Below are positions 29,140 through 38,639 of a stretch of DNA of 64,000 nucleotides, piece after piece. Source of the DNA: an uncultured Chlamydiae bacterium (GTDB lineage: Bacteria; Chlamydiota; Chlamydiia; Chlamydiales; JAJFMB01). Location of the stretch: contig CAVOJR010000001.1 in the NCBI GenBank assembly GCA_963696295.1, positions 2,428,467 to 2,492,466 on the forward strand, given 5' to 3'. Position 1 is the first letter of the stretch. The number at the start of each line of letters is the position of its first letter. The notes under the pieces are model-generated. The model ran no database searches, was not told the origin of the DNA, and saw only the letters and a program-made list of their open reading frames with translations. Position numbers and translations under genes: made by a program.

Positions 29140-31516
29140 GTCCTTTTATTTTATGGTTTGACGAAATCGGCATCGACGATATCGATCTCGTCGGCGGAAA
29201 AAACGCCTCGTTAGGCGAGATGATCTGCAGCTTAAAGAAGAAAAAGATCCGGGTTCCGGGGGGCTTTGCCATCACCGCCGCCGCCTTCAGGCATGTCCTG
29301 GAAAAAACGGGGGCTTTTCAGGCCCTTAAAAAGGTCTTGAAAGGGCTGAACGCGCAAAATCTGGCCGCGACCGGAGAAAAAGCCCGGGAGATTATCTTAA
29401 ATTGCGAAATCCCTCCCGATTTGCAGGAAGAGATCGTTAAAGCCTATCATAAGCTCTCCTCTCAATATAAACAGAAAAATGCCGATGTGGCCGTGCGCTC
29501 TTCGGCTACCTCGGAAGATCTTCCTACGGCGAGCTTTGCCGGCCAGCAGGAGACTTATCTCAATATTACCGGGGAAAAAGAGCTGCTGCTCGCCTGCAAA
29601 AAATGCTTCGCTTCACTGTATACGAATCGCGCTATCGCCTACCGCTCTGAACAAAAAATTGATCACCTGACGACCTATCTTTCGATCGGCGTTCAGAAAA
29701 TGATCCGGTCCGATCTCGCCAGCGCCGGGGTGATCTTCACTTTGGATACGGAGACCGGTTTTTCCAATGTGGTGTATATCACAGGAAGCTATGGCCTTGG
29801 CGAAAGCGTGGTGCAGGGAACGGTGGATCCGGATGAATTTTATGTCTTCAAACCGACCCTGAAGCTGGGTTATAAACCGATTATAGACAAAATCCTTGGA
29901 ACTAAGGCGACTCAGATTGTCTATGGGAAAAAAAACACGAAGAAAGTCGCTACTCCGATTAGTGAGAGAAAGAAGTTTTGCCTTGGCGATCAAGACGTTT
30001 TACAGCTCGCAAAATGGGCCGTTGAGATCGAAGAGCATTATAGCAGGAAGCATGGAAAATGGACGCCGATGGATATAGAGTGGGCCAAAGATGGCAGAAC
30101 AGGCGAGCTCTTTATTGTGCAGGCCAGGCCGGAAACGGTCGAGTCGCAAAAAAACCGGAATATCGTCGAAGAGTATCAGCTTCTGCAGAAATCTGCGGTG
30201 ATTGCAAAAGGCAAGAGCGTCGGCAGCAAAATTGCTCAAGGTAAGGCCAATATCGTTAAGAGCATGTCAAAGACATTGGCAAATTCAAGGCCGGCGAGGT
30301 TTTAGTGACCGATATGACCGATCCCGACTGGGTGCCTATCATGCGGATCGCTTCTGCGATTGTGACCAACCGGGGAGGAAGAACCTCCCACGCCGCCATC
30401 GTCAGCCGGGAGCTTGGCCTGCCCTGTGTGGTGGGGACGAATAATGCCACGGAGGTCATAAAGCAAGGGCAGCCCGTTACCGTCGACTGTTCCGAGGGAG
30501 AGCATGGCGTCATTTACGAGGGCCTTCTCAAATTCAAGGTCAACACGATCGATGTGCAAAAAGTCCCTAATCCAAAAACGAAGATCATGATCAACGTCAG
30601 CTATCCCGATGAAGCCTTTGCCTTGAGTTTTTTGCCAAGCGAAGGGGTGGGGCTGGCCCGCGAGGAGTTCATCGTCACGGAATACATCCGCGTCCATCCG
30701 ATGGCTTTAGTCCATTTTGAAAAAGTAAAAGATCCAAAGGTCCGCAAACAAATCAATGCGCTCACCTTAGGGTATTCCGATAAATGTCAGTTCTTTATCG
30801 ATAAGCTGGCCATGGGCGTCGCGACTATCGCCGCCTCTTTTTATCCAAGAGATGTCATTTTGCGCTTCAGCGATTTCAAAACCAACGAGTATGTCAATCT
30901 CATTGGGGGTCAGTATTTTGAGCCCAAAGAAGAAAATCCCATGATCGGCTGGAGGGGAGCCTCAAGATATTATAAGGAAGGCTATCAGGAAGGGTTTGCC
31001 CTGGAATGCAAGGCAGTCAAAAAGGTCAGGGAAGAATTTGGCCTCACCAATTTAAAACTCATGATCCCTGTGTGCCGGACGCCTGAAGAGGGGAAAAAAG
31101 TGTTGCAGGTGATGAAGAAAAATGGCCTGGTTCAGGGAAAGGAGGGGCTGGAAGTCTACGTCATGTGTGAAATCCCGAGCAATGTCATACTGGCGGACCA
31201 GTTTTGCGATATCTTCGACGGCTTCAGCATCGGCAGCAATGATCTCACGCAGATGACCTTGGGCGTCGACAGAGACAGCGAGCTGGTTGCGGATATTTAC
31301 GATGAGAGGAACGATGCCGTCAAGCAGATGATAGAGCAGGTGATCCGCGTAGCCAAAAAGAGAAAGCGAAAAATAGGCATTTGCGGGGACGCCCCTTCCA
31401 CCTATCCCGAATTTGCCAAATTTTTAGTCGATTGCGGCATCGACAGTATAAGTTTAAGCCCCGATGCCGTGATGAGGACCAGGATGCTCATCGCGAAGCA
31501 TGAGGATTTTCATTGA
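29121..31516 (+). CDS. ppsA: Phosphoenolpyruvate synthase (pyruvate, water dikinase), disrupted by a frameshift near 30260-30270
   Basis: The N-terminal part (29121-30305) reads MSGKEISPFILWFDEIGIDDIDLVGGKNASLGEMI..VPGGFAITAAAF, which parallels E. coli PpsA. The -1 frame from 30260 reads VKDIGKFKAGEVLVTDMTDPDWVPIM, then the phospho-His domain GGRTSHAAIVSRELGLPCVVG and the PEP-utilising TIM-barrel domain run to 31516. Two frames overlap at 30260-30302. Confidence 0.75.
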
Positions 31517-31561
31517 CCGATGGCTGATCTGAGGGTATACAGAAAAAAAAAGGAAATCATA

Positions 31562-32440
31562 ATGACAAACAAAAGTTCATTTTCTTCATTAATATTCTTC
31601 ACCATTTTAATTCTGGGCGGCCTGCTCGCCTATTCCCTCTACAATCCTGCCAGCTACTTAAGCTACTTAGTCATGGCAGCCACTGTTTTGCTCGCCTACA
31701 TCGTTTTGGCGACCATTAAAGTCGCCAACCAGTGGGAACGAGCCGTGGTTTTACGGCTGGGCCGTTTTCACTCCTTAAGGGGGCCGGGATTATTTTTCAT
31801 CATTCCGATTATCGACACTATCGCCTACTGGATCGATATCCGGGTCATCACATCTGCGTTCAAGGCGGAAAAGACGCTGACCAAAGACACGGTGCCGGTC
31901 GATGTCGACGCGGTGCTCTTCTGGAAAGTGATCGATCCTAAAAAAGCCGCCCTGGAGGTCGCCGACTATGAAGGCGCCATTGGCTGGGCTTCCCAAACGG
32001 CGCTTCGCGACGTGATCGGCAAGACGATGCTCTCCGACATGCTCGAGGGGAGAAACAAAATCAGCAACGAACTGCAAGTCATCATCGACGAGCGGACCGA
32101 ACCCTGGGGCGTCAATGTGATTTCGGTCGAAGTCAAAGATGTCCTGATACCGCCGGCGCTCGAAGACGCGATGTCGATGCAGGCCCAGGCTGAAAGGGAG
32201 CGGCAGGCCCGGGTGATTCTCGGCGATTCCGAGCGGCAGGTGGCGGAAAAATTCGGCGAAGCGGCCAAGACCTACACAAACAATCCTACCGCCTTGCATC
32301 TGAGGGCGATGAACATGCTCTATGAGGGATTGAAATCTAACGCTACGATCGTCCTCGTGCCGAGCTCGGCTTTAGAGACGATGCAGCTCGGAGGTCTTTC
32401 CGGAACGGCGGCGTTGGCTAAGGAATTGGGTCCAAAATGA
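31562..32440 (+). CDS. SPFH/band-7 (stomatin-like) membrane protein
   Basis: ATG at 31562 follows an AAGGAAA RBS. Two N-terminal TM helices are followed by IKVANQWERAVVLRLGRF..GPGLFFIIPIID...VPVDVDAVLFWKVIDP...ALRDVIG. Confidence 0.75.
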   Translation: MTNKSSFSSLIFFTILILGGLLAYSLYNPASYLSYLVMAATVLLAYIVLATIKVANQWERAVVLRLGRFHSLRGPGLFFIIPIIDTIAYWIDIRVITSAFKAEKTLTKDTVPVDVDAVLFWKVIDPKKAALEVADYEGAIGWASQTALRDVIGKTMLSDMLEGRNKISNELQVIIDERTEPWGVNVISVEVKDVLIPPALEDAMSMQAQAERERQARVILGDSERQVAEKFGEAAKTYTNNPTALHLRAMNMLYEGLKSNATIVLVPSSALETMQLGGLSGTAALAKELGPK

Positions 32441-34860
32441 ATGCTGATACCCTGAAAGATCTCGCTTTGGACCTCCGTTCGACGTGGAATCACAGCGCCG
32501 ATGAAATATGGCGGAAGCTCGATCCGCAGCTTTGGGAATTGACCCATAACCCCTGGGCCGTTTTGCAGACGGTCTCACAAGAAAAACTGGCCGGGCTTTT
32601 AGCCGATAAAAAATTCAGCGAGCTGGTGGAAAGCCTCGCAACATCAAGGAGCGAGGAGCTAAGCGCCGCTACCTGGTTTCAGAAAAACCACCCGAAATCC
32701 GCCCTTACAGGCGTCGCCTATTTCAGCATGGAATTTATGTTGAGCGAGGCCCTGCCCATTTACTCGGGCGGTCTTGGCAATGTGGCGGGCGATCAGCTCA
32801 AAGCCGCGAGCGACCTTGGAGTGCCGGTCATCGCCATTGGATTGCTTTATAGCCAGGGCTATTTCCGCCAGTTCATCGACAACAATGGGGAGCAGCAGGA
32901 GCTCTATCCCTTCAACGATCCGGGACAACTGCCCGTCACACCCTTGCGCTTGGCAAACGGAGAGTGGCTGCGCATTAAAATCGACTTGCCCGGCTGGCCG
33001 CTCTGGATTCGCGCCTGGGAAGTCAAGGTGGGCAGGACTTGGCTTTATTTATTGGATACCAATGACACAGCCAATTTTCCCGGTCATAGAGGGATTACCA
33101 GCGAACTCTATGGCGGGGACCGGGAACTGCGCTTAAAGCAGGAACTGGTGCTCGGCATTGGCGGTTGGCGCCTGATTGAAGCGCTGGGATTGCAGCCCGA
33201 AATTTGCCATATGAATGAAGGGCATGCGGCTTTTGCCATCCTGGAGCGGGCCGCTTCTTTCATGCGGAAGACAAAGCAGCCCTTTGAAACGGCCCTGGCC
33301 GCGACCCGGGCCGGAAACCTGTTCACTACCCACACCGCTGTCGCTGCCGGGTTCGACCGGTTTCCGCCTGATCTGATGGTAAAATATTGCGCAGAGTATG
33401 TGCAAACAATTCTCGGCATTTCGCTGGAGAAGTTTTTTTCATTAGGCCAGTTAAATCCCTATGAAGATTTCAATATGGCTTATTTGGCGATCCGCGGCAG
33501 CGGCTTTGTCAACGGGGTGAGTCAATTGCACGGCAAAGTAAGCCGCCATCTGTTTAATGATTTGTTCCCCCGCTTTCCCGAAGAGGAGATTCCCGTCGGT
33601 TATGTGACGAATGGGGTTCACATGCCAAGTTGGGACTCCTCATATTCTGATGACCTTTGGACCAAAGCCTGCGGCAAGGAGAGGTGGCTCGGAAAGACCG
33701 AGGAGCTCGAGAAGAAAATCCGCACCGTATCCGACGGGGAAATTTGGGAATTGCGCCAAAAGTCGCGCAATCATCTGGTCGATTATACGAGGGACCGGCT
33801 GGCGAAGCAGCTGGCAGCCCGGGGCGCCACTCAAGAAGAGGTTGAGAAAGCCGGCTCCTTTTTAAATCCCGATGTTTTGACTTTGGGTTTTGCCCGCCGC
33901 TTTGCCACCTACAAAAGGCCCGATTTACTCCTTCACGACCCGGATCGCCTCCTGCGCCTGCTGACAAATAAGGATCGCCCGGTACAGCTGATCATCGCCG
34001 GTAAAGCTCATCCTGCTGATGGCGGGGGGCACGCGCTCATAAAAAAATGGATGGATTTCATCACCCGGACGGAAGCGAGGGCGCATGCGGTCTTTTTAAG
34101 CGATTACGACATGCTGTTGACCGAGCACCTCGTGCAGGGCGTTGATTTATGGATCAATACCCCGAGGAGGCCATGGGAGGCATGCGGGACGAGCGGCATG
34201 AAGGTGCTCGTCAATGGCGGTCTGAACTTATCCGAACTGGACGGCTGGTGGGTGGAGGCTTATACCCCAGAGGTGGGTTTTGCTTTAGGCGACGGGAAGG
34301 AGCATGGCGAAGATCCGGCCTGGGACCTTTCCGAGGCAAACGCCCTTTACGACATCCTGGAAAAAGAAGTGATTCCCGAGTTTTATGGGGCCAGGAGTTC
34401 CTGGATAAAGAAAATCCGGGAGAGCATGGCGCGCCTGACTCCCCATTTTTCCTCCAATCGCGCGGTGCGGGAATATACAGAGGAATTCTACCTCCCGGCT
34501 GCAGAGAATTATCGGAGGCGCGCGGAAAACAACGGCGCGATCGCTCAAAAAATTATCGAGTGGGAGCATAACCTGCAACAAAATTTTGGCTCGCTGAAGT
34601 TTGGGGAATTAAAAATCACCACTAAGGCAGATCGCCATCTGTTTGAGGTCCCTGTCAATCTTGGCAATATGGACCGCCGGGCCATTAAAGTGGAGCTGTA
34701 CTCCCCCTCCTTGACCAAAGAGATGGAATACGCCGGAGGCGTTTATCGCGCTGAAGTTCCGGCCACGCTGCCCGCAGCCGGCTTCACGCCGCGCATCCTG
34801 CCCTATTTTCAGGGGGTAGCGACGCCGCTTGAATCTCCCCAAATCTTATGGCAAAGGTAA
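32437..34860 (+). CDS. glgP: Alpha-1,4-glucan (glycogen/maltodextrin) phosphorylase, GT35 'alpha-glucan family' type
   Basis: FSMEFMLSEALPIYSGGLGNVAGDQLKAASDLGVPVIAIGLLYSQGYFRQ and the PLP-Lys region GTSGMKVLVNGGLNLSELDGWW. 807 aa. Confidence 0.8.
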   Translation: MNADTLKDLALDLRSTWNHSADEIWRKLDPQLWELTHNPWAVLQTVSQEKLAGLLADKKFSELVESLATSRSEELSAATWFQKNHPKSALTGVAYFSMEFMLSEALPIYSGGLGNVAGDQLKAASDLGVPVIAIGLLYSQGYFRQFIDNNGEQQELYPFNDPGQLPVTPLRLANGEWLRIKIDLPGWPLWIRAWEVKVGRTWLYLLDTNDTANFPGHRGITSELYGGDRELRLKQELVLGIGGWRLIEALGLQPEICHMNEGHAAFAILERAASFMRKTKQPFETALAATRAGNLFTTHTAVAAGFDRFPPDLMVKYCAEYVQTILGISLEKFFSLGQLNPYEDFNMAYLAIRGSGFVNGVSQLHGKVSRHLFNDLFPRFPEEEIPVGYVTNGVHMPSWDSSYSDDLWTKACGKERWLGKTEELEKKIRTVSDGEIWELRQKSRNHLVDYTRDRLAKQLAARGATQEEVEKAGSFLNPDVLTLGFARRFATYKRPDLLLHDPDRLLRLLTNKDRPVQLIIAGKAHPADGGGHALIKKWMDFITRTEARAHAVFLSDYDMLLTEHLVQGVDLWINTPRRPWEACGTSGMKVLVNGGLNLSELDGWWVEAYTPEVGFALGDGKEHGEDPAWDLSEANALYDILEKEVIPEFYGARSSWIKKIRESMARLTPHFSSNRAVREYTEEFYLPAAENYRRRAENNGAIAQKIIEWEHNLQQNFGSLKFGELKITTKADRHLFEVPVNLGNMDRRAIKVELYSPSLTKEMEYAGGVYRAEVPATLPAAGFTPRILPYFQGVATPLESPQILWQR

Positions 34861-34863
34861 ATC

Positions 34864-36480
34864 ATGCAGAAAGCTCCACCCGACATGTTGATTAACGTTC
34901 CCTCTTTAATCAGTGCCTATTATAGCGGCATCCCCGATCCTTCCAAACCTGCTCAGCGCGTGGAGTTCGGCACCTCAGGGCACCGGGGCTCTTCCCTGGA
35001 CAATAGTTTCAACGAAGCCCACATCCTGGCGATTACCCAGGCGATCTGCCTTTACCGCGCCTCAAAGTCGATCGACGGCCCCTTATTTCTCGGGATGGAT
35101 ACGCACGCCCTTTCGGAACCCGCCTTAAAGAGCGCTCTCGAGGTGCTGGGAGCCAATGGGGTGACCGTTATGCTATCCGCCGGGGAGAAATACACCCCGA
35201 CGCCGGCGATCTCGCATGCGATTCTCACCCATAACCGGGGAAGAAAAAGCCAGATGGCCGACGGGATCGTGATTACCCCGTCGCACAATCCCCCCTCGGA
35301 AGGGGGCTTCAAGTACAACCCTCCCAACGGGGGGCCGGCGGAGCTGTCCATTACCAATTGGATACAAGATAAAGCGAACGAGTTTCTTGAAAATAAATTG
35401 GCCGGCGTTAAGAGGATTCCCTTTGAAAAGGCGCATGCCTTGGCGAAACAGCACGATTACCTCAAATCTTATGTGGACGATCTCATCAATGTGATCGACA
35501 TGGAAGTGATCCGCCGGTCAAAAATTCATATCGGCGTAGATCCGCTGGGCGGGGCCGGCGTCCATTACTGGAGCCATATCGCCGAAACGTACGGCCTCAA
35601 TCTCACCACGGTCAATGAAACGATCGATCCCACCTTTAGCTTCATGCCGCTTGACTGGGACGGCAAGATCCGGATGGATCCCTCTTCGCCGCAGGCCATG
35701 CAGGGGTTGATAGAGTTGAAAGACCGCTTCGATATTGCCCTGGCCTGCGACACCGATTACGACCGGCACGGGATTGTCACCAAAAGTTCCGGTTTGCTGC
35801 CGCCGAACCACTATCTTTCGGCGGCGATCCTTTATCTTTTTCAGCATCGCCCCAAGTGGTCGAAAAACGCCGCTGTCGGCAAGACGCTCGTCAGCAGTCA
35901 GATGATCGACCGCGTCACGGCCAAAGTAAAGCGAAAGCTCTATGAAGTGCCGGTCGGCTTCAAATGGTTCGTGGATGGCCTTCTCGATGGTTCCCTGGCC
36001 TTTGGCGGGGAAGAGAGCGCCGGGGCTTCTTTTTCCAGAATGGACGGCTCCGTCTGGACGACCGACAAAGACGGCATTATTTTGGCCCTGCTCGCCGCGG
36101 AAATGACCGCCAGGCTTGGCAAAGATCCGGGGTTAGTCTACCGGGAGCTGACTCAGGAATTTGGCGACCCTGCTTACGACCGCGTTGAGGCGCCGGCCAC
36201 ACCTGCCCAAAAAAAGATCTTAAAGAACCTGTCGCCGGAAAACGTCGCTACCAGGCAGTTGGCTGGGGAAAAAATCAGCGCCATCCTGACAAAAGCGCCC
36301 GGAAATGGCGCGCCGATCGGCGGATTGAAAGTCGTAGCGGCGAACGGCTGGTTTGCAGCCAGGCCGTCGGGCACAGAGGACATTTACAAAATATATGGAG
36401 AGAGCTTCCTCGGAAGAGAGCATCTGGACCTCATTTTGAAAGAGGCGCAAGTGATCGTCGATAATGCTTTAAAGAGTTAA
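34864..36480 (+). CDS. pgm: Phosphoglucomutase, alpha-D-glucose-phosphate specific
   Basis: GTSGHRG near the N-terminus. Active-site signature [26 protein letters not shown]. 538 aa, collinear with E. coli Pgm. Confidence 0.85.
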   Translation: MQKAPPDMLINVPSLISAYYSGIPDPSKPAQRVEFGTSGHRGSSLDNSFNEAHILAITQAICLYRASKSIDGPLFLGMDTHALSEPALKSALEVLGANGVTVMLSAGEKYTPTPAISHAILTHNRGRKSQMADGIVITPSHNPPSEGGFKYNPPNGGPAELSITNWIQDKANEFLENKLAGVKRIPFEKAHALAKQHDYLKSYVDDLINVIDMEVIRRSKIHIGVDPLGGAGVHYWSHIAETYGLNLTTVNETIDPTFSFMPLDWDGKIRMDPSSPQAMQGLIELKDRFDIALACDTDYDRHGIVTKSSGLLPPNHYLSAAILYLFQHRPKWSKNAAVGKTLVSSQMIDRVTAKVKRKLYEVPVGFKWFVDGLLDGSLAFGGEESAGASFSRMDGSVWTTDKDGIILALLAAEMTARLGKDPGLVYRELTQEFGDPAYDRVEAPATPAQKKILKNLSPENVATRQLAGEKISAILTKAPGNGAPIGGLKVVAANGWFAARPSGTEDIYKIYGESFLGREHLDLILKEAQVIVDNALKS

Positions 36481-36481
36481 T

Positions 36482-37930
36482 ATGGATATACTTATATATT
36501 CTCTATCTTTTATTATTCTGACTTCCCTGATTGGTATCTACTTGTCGCGAAATGTCCATACCGTTAAGGGTTACGCTGTGGCTGACCGGTCGTTGCCCTT
36601 ATTCATATCGACAGCCACCGTTTTTGCGACCTGGTTTGGGGCGGAAGGGATTCTCGGCATCCCGGAATCGTTTATGGAACATGGGTTGATAGGGGTCATT
36701 TCAGATCCGATCGGAGCCTTTTTGTGCTTATTGATTCTCGGGATTTTTTTCACCCGCAAATTTTACAATATGAACGTCATTACCATTGTGGATTTTTTCT
36801 ATAATCGCTATGGGAAAATCGTCGAAGTGCTGGCCGGGATTGCCATTGGCTTGTCGTATGTCGGGTGGATTGCGGCGCAATTTATCGCCTTTGGAGGCGT
36901 CTTCTCTTTTATGCTCGATGGGGCCATGACGGTTGACGTGGGCATCATGCTCGGCGCCGTGATCATTGTGGTGTATACCTTTAAAGGCGGGATGCTGGCC
37001 GTTGCCATTAACGACTTTATGCAGGCTGCCATTATTTCTCTTTCCCTGATTTACATGCTCTTTCTCGTTTCCAGTATGGCCGGGGGCTTTTATGAAGTCT
37101 TTAATTTTGCGGTGCAAACCCACAGAACCTCATTAACTTTTGACGCCGACTATCCCAATTATACCTTTATTCTCGGCGTCCTCTTGAGCATGATTTTGGG
37201 TACCATTCCCCAGCAGGATACCTTTCAGCGCATCACCTCCGCCAAAAGCGCCTCCGTTGCCGTGCAAAGCACGATCCTTGGAGGGTTTGTCTATTTACTG
37301 ATCACCCTGATCCCGATTTTTATTGTCCTGGCGGCCACAAAAATGCAGGTGGAAACGACTGGCAAAATCCCGGAAAATTTCAATTTGTACATCGCTCATT
37401 TTGTCAGGGACCACGTGCCGAAGTTAGTGCAGATTTTCTTCTTCGGCTCCCTTTTCGCGGCCATCCTGTCGACCGCTTCCGGTACCATCCTGGCCGCCTC
37501 GGTGGTATTGAGCCGGAACGTCCTCGGTGAATTTTTTCCCAAGGAAGCCAATCTGCTGGTGGTGCGTCTGACCCTAGTCATCGTCACTTTTGCTGTTTGC
37601 CTGTTCGCTCTCTACTCTGAAAATTCGATTCATGAACTCGTGGAGGATAGCGGAAAAGTCACGATGGTGATCGTGTTCTTCCCGCTCATTTTGGGGATGT
37701 TTTGGAAAAAAACCAGCTATGTCGGCGTGGTCGCCGGAATGATCTTAAGCACGGCTATTTGGCTTTCCCTGATTTTCTATCAAAATATGTATGGTGTAAA
37801 GTTATCCATAGCCCCGGAGCTGATCGGGTTTTTGGTTTCATTTTTGACTATTTTCATCGGCTCTTTCCTATTTCCTGACAGCTCGGAGCTGAAGCGGGGA
37901 ATAACCCATCATAGACACATTAGCGAATAG
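36482..37930 (+). CDS. Sodium:solute symporter-family (SSS) transporter
   Basis: About 13 predicted TM segments. The N-terminal segment GYAVADRSLPLFISTATVFATWFGAEGILGIPESF is typical of SSS/PutP-like carriers. Confidence 0.75.
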   Translation: MDILIYSLSFIILTSLIGIYLSRNVHTVKGYAVADRSLPLFISTATVFATWFGAEGILGIPESFMEHGLIGVISDPIGAFLCLLILGIFFTRKFYNMNVITIVDFFYNRYGKIVEVLAGIAIGLSYVGWIAAQFIAFGGVFSFMLDGAMTVDVGIMLGAVIIVVYTFKGGMLAVAINDFMQAAIISLSLIYMLFLVSSMAGGFYEVFNFAVQTHRTSLTFDADYPNYTFILGVLLSMILGTIPQQDTFQRITSAKSASVAVQSTILGGFVYLLITLIPIFIVLAATKMQVETTGKIPENFNLYIAHFVRDHVPKLVQIFFFGSLFAAILSTASGTILAASVVLSRNVLGEFFPKEANLLVVRLTLVIVTFAVCLFALYSENSIHELVEDSGKVTMVIVFFPLILGMFWKKTSYVGVVAGMILSTAIWLSLIFYQNMYGVKLSIAPELIGFLVSFLTIFIGSFLFPDSSELKRGITHHRHISE

Positions 37931-38577
37931 CGGCTTTCAAGTTCACCGCAGATTTGCGCATGCGATTCAAACAAAACGGCATCAATGCCTGTTTTTTTGG
38001 CTGCTTCGATATTTTCCGGGTTATCGTCGATGAACACGATTTCAGCAGGAGGCATGCCGAGTTTTTTGATCAACATTTCAAAGGCTCTCAGGTGGGGTTT
38101 GTCAACGCCCATCTCAAACGAAAGCAGGCAAGGGTTGAATGGCTCATAAAGGCCAAAGCTGCGGATGATTCCGGCTAAATGGGGGTCGATGTTGGAAAGC
38201 ATGGCAACCGGTATGCGCTGCGCCCTTAATTGCTCCACTAAGCGGTACATCTCATGGTTGATGGTGAGCGCCTCTTTCATCACTGCCCGGAGATTTTCCG
38301 CAAAATCAGTGGGAAGTTTGATCCCGTTTTGTTTGGCATAGGCGATCCAAAATTCCTCTTCGCTTGCCATTCTCTTTCCTTTATTCGCCTTTTCAAATTC
38401 AGCCTGTGTGATATTAAAAACTGAGCGGATATAAGTTGCGACTGCTTTCCTAAAAGGATCGCCCGGGGGGACAAAGGTCATTACCCCGCCAAAGTCAAAA
38501 ACGATGGCCTGAGGGGCGGCGATAAGCGACGAAGCCGTTAAGACAACGGCAATAAAGGTGTAAAGTATCTTTTTCAT
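37909..38577 (-). CDS. HAD-superfamily hydrolase with signal peptide
   Basis: Signal peptide MKKILYTFIAVVLTASSLIAA. HAD motif I is IVFDFGGVMT. Motif IV-like FIDDNPENIEAAKKTGIDAV. 222 aa. Confidence 0.7.
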   Translation of the reverse strand: MKKILYTFIAVVLTASSLIAAPQAIVFDFGGVMTFVPPGDPFRKAVATYIRSVFNITQAEFEKANKGKRMASEEEFWIAYAKQNGIKLPTDFAENLRAVMKEALTINHEMYRLVEQLRAQRIPVAMLSNIDPHLAGIIRSFGLYEPFNPCLLSFEMGVDKPHLRAFEMLIKKLGMPPAEIVFIDDNPENIEAAKKTGIDAVLFESHAQICGELESRYSLMCL

Positions 38578-38639
38578 AAAATCAAATTATATCACGACTA
38601 TTTATTGATTAAAAGTGCTTTATTTGTAATCATACTCGT

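Noticed and set aside
30305-31516. Independent gene starting at GTG 30305 (MTDMTDPDW...)
   Set aside because: The upstream 45 nt in the same frame continue the PpsA sequence (VKDIGKFKAGEVLV) without a start or RBS. A frameshift within ppsA is the better explanation.
27800-38600. Dozens of 60-170-aa ORFs on both strands overlapping CoA-transferase, ppsA, glgP, pgm and the SSS transporter (e.g. 28141-28344, 31790-32299, 33108-33419, 35052-35454, 36728-37123)
   Set aside because: The region is GC-rich, which produces long stop-free antisense or alternate frames. All of them overlap well-supported genes and have no motifs.
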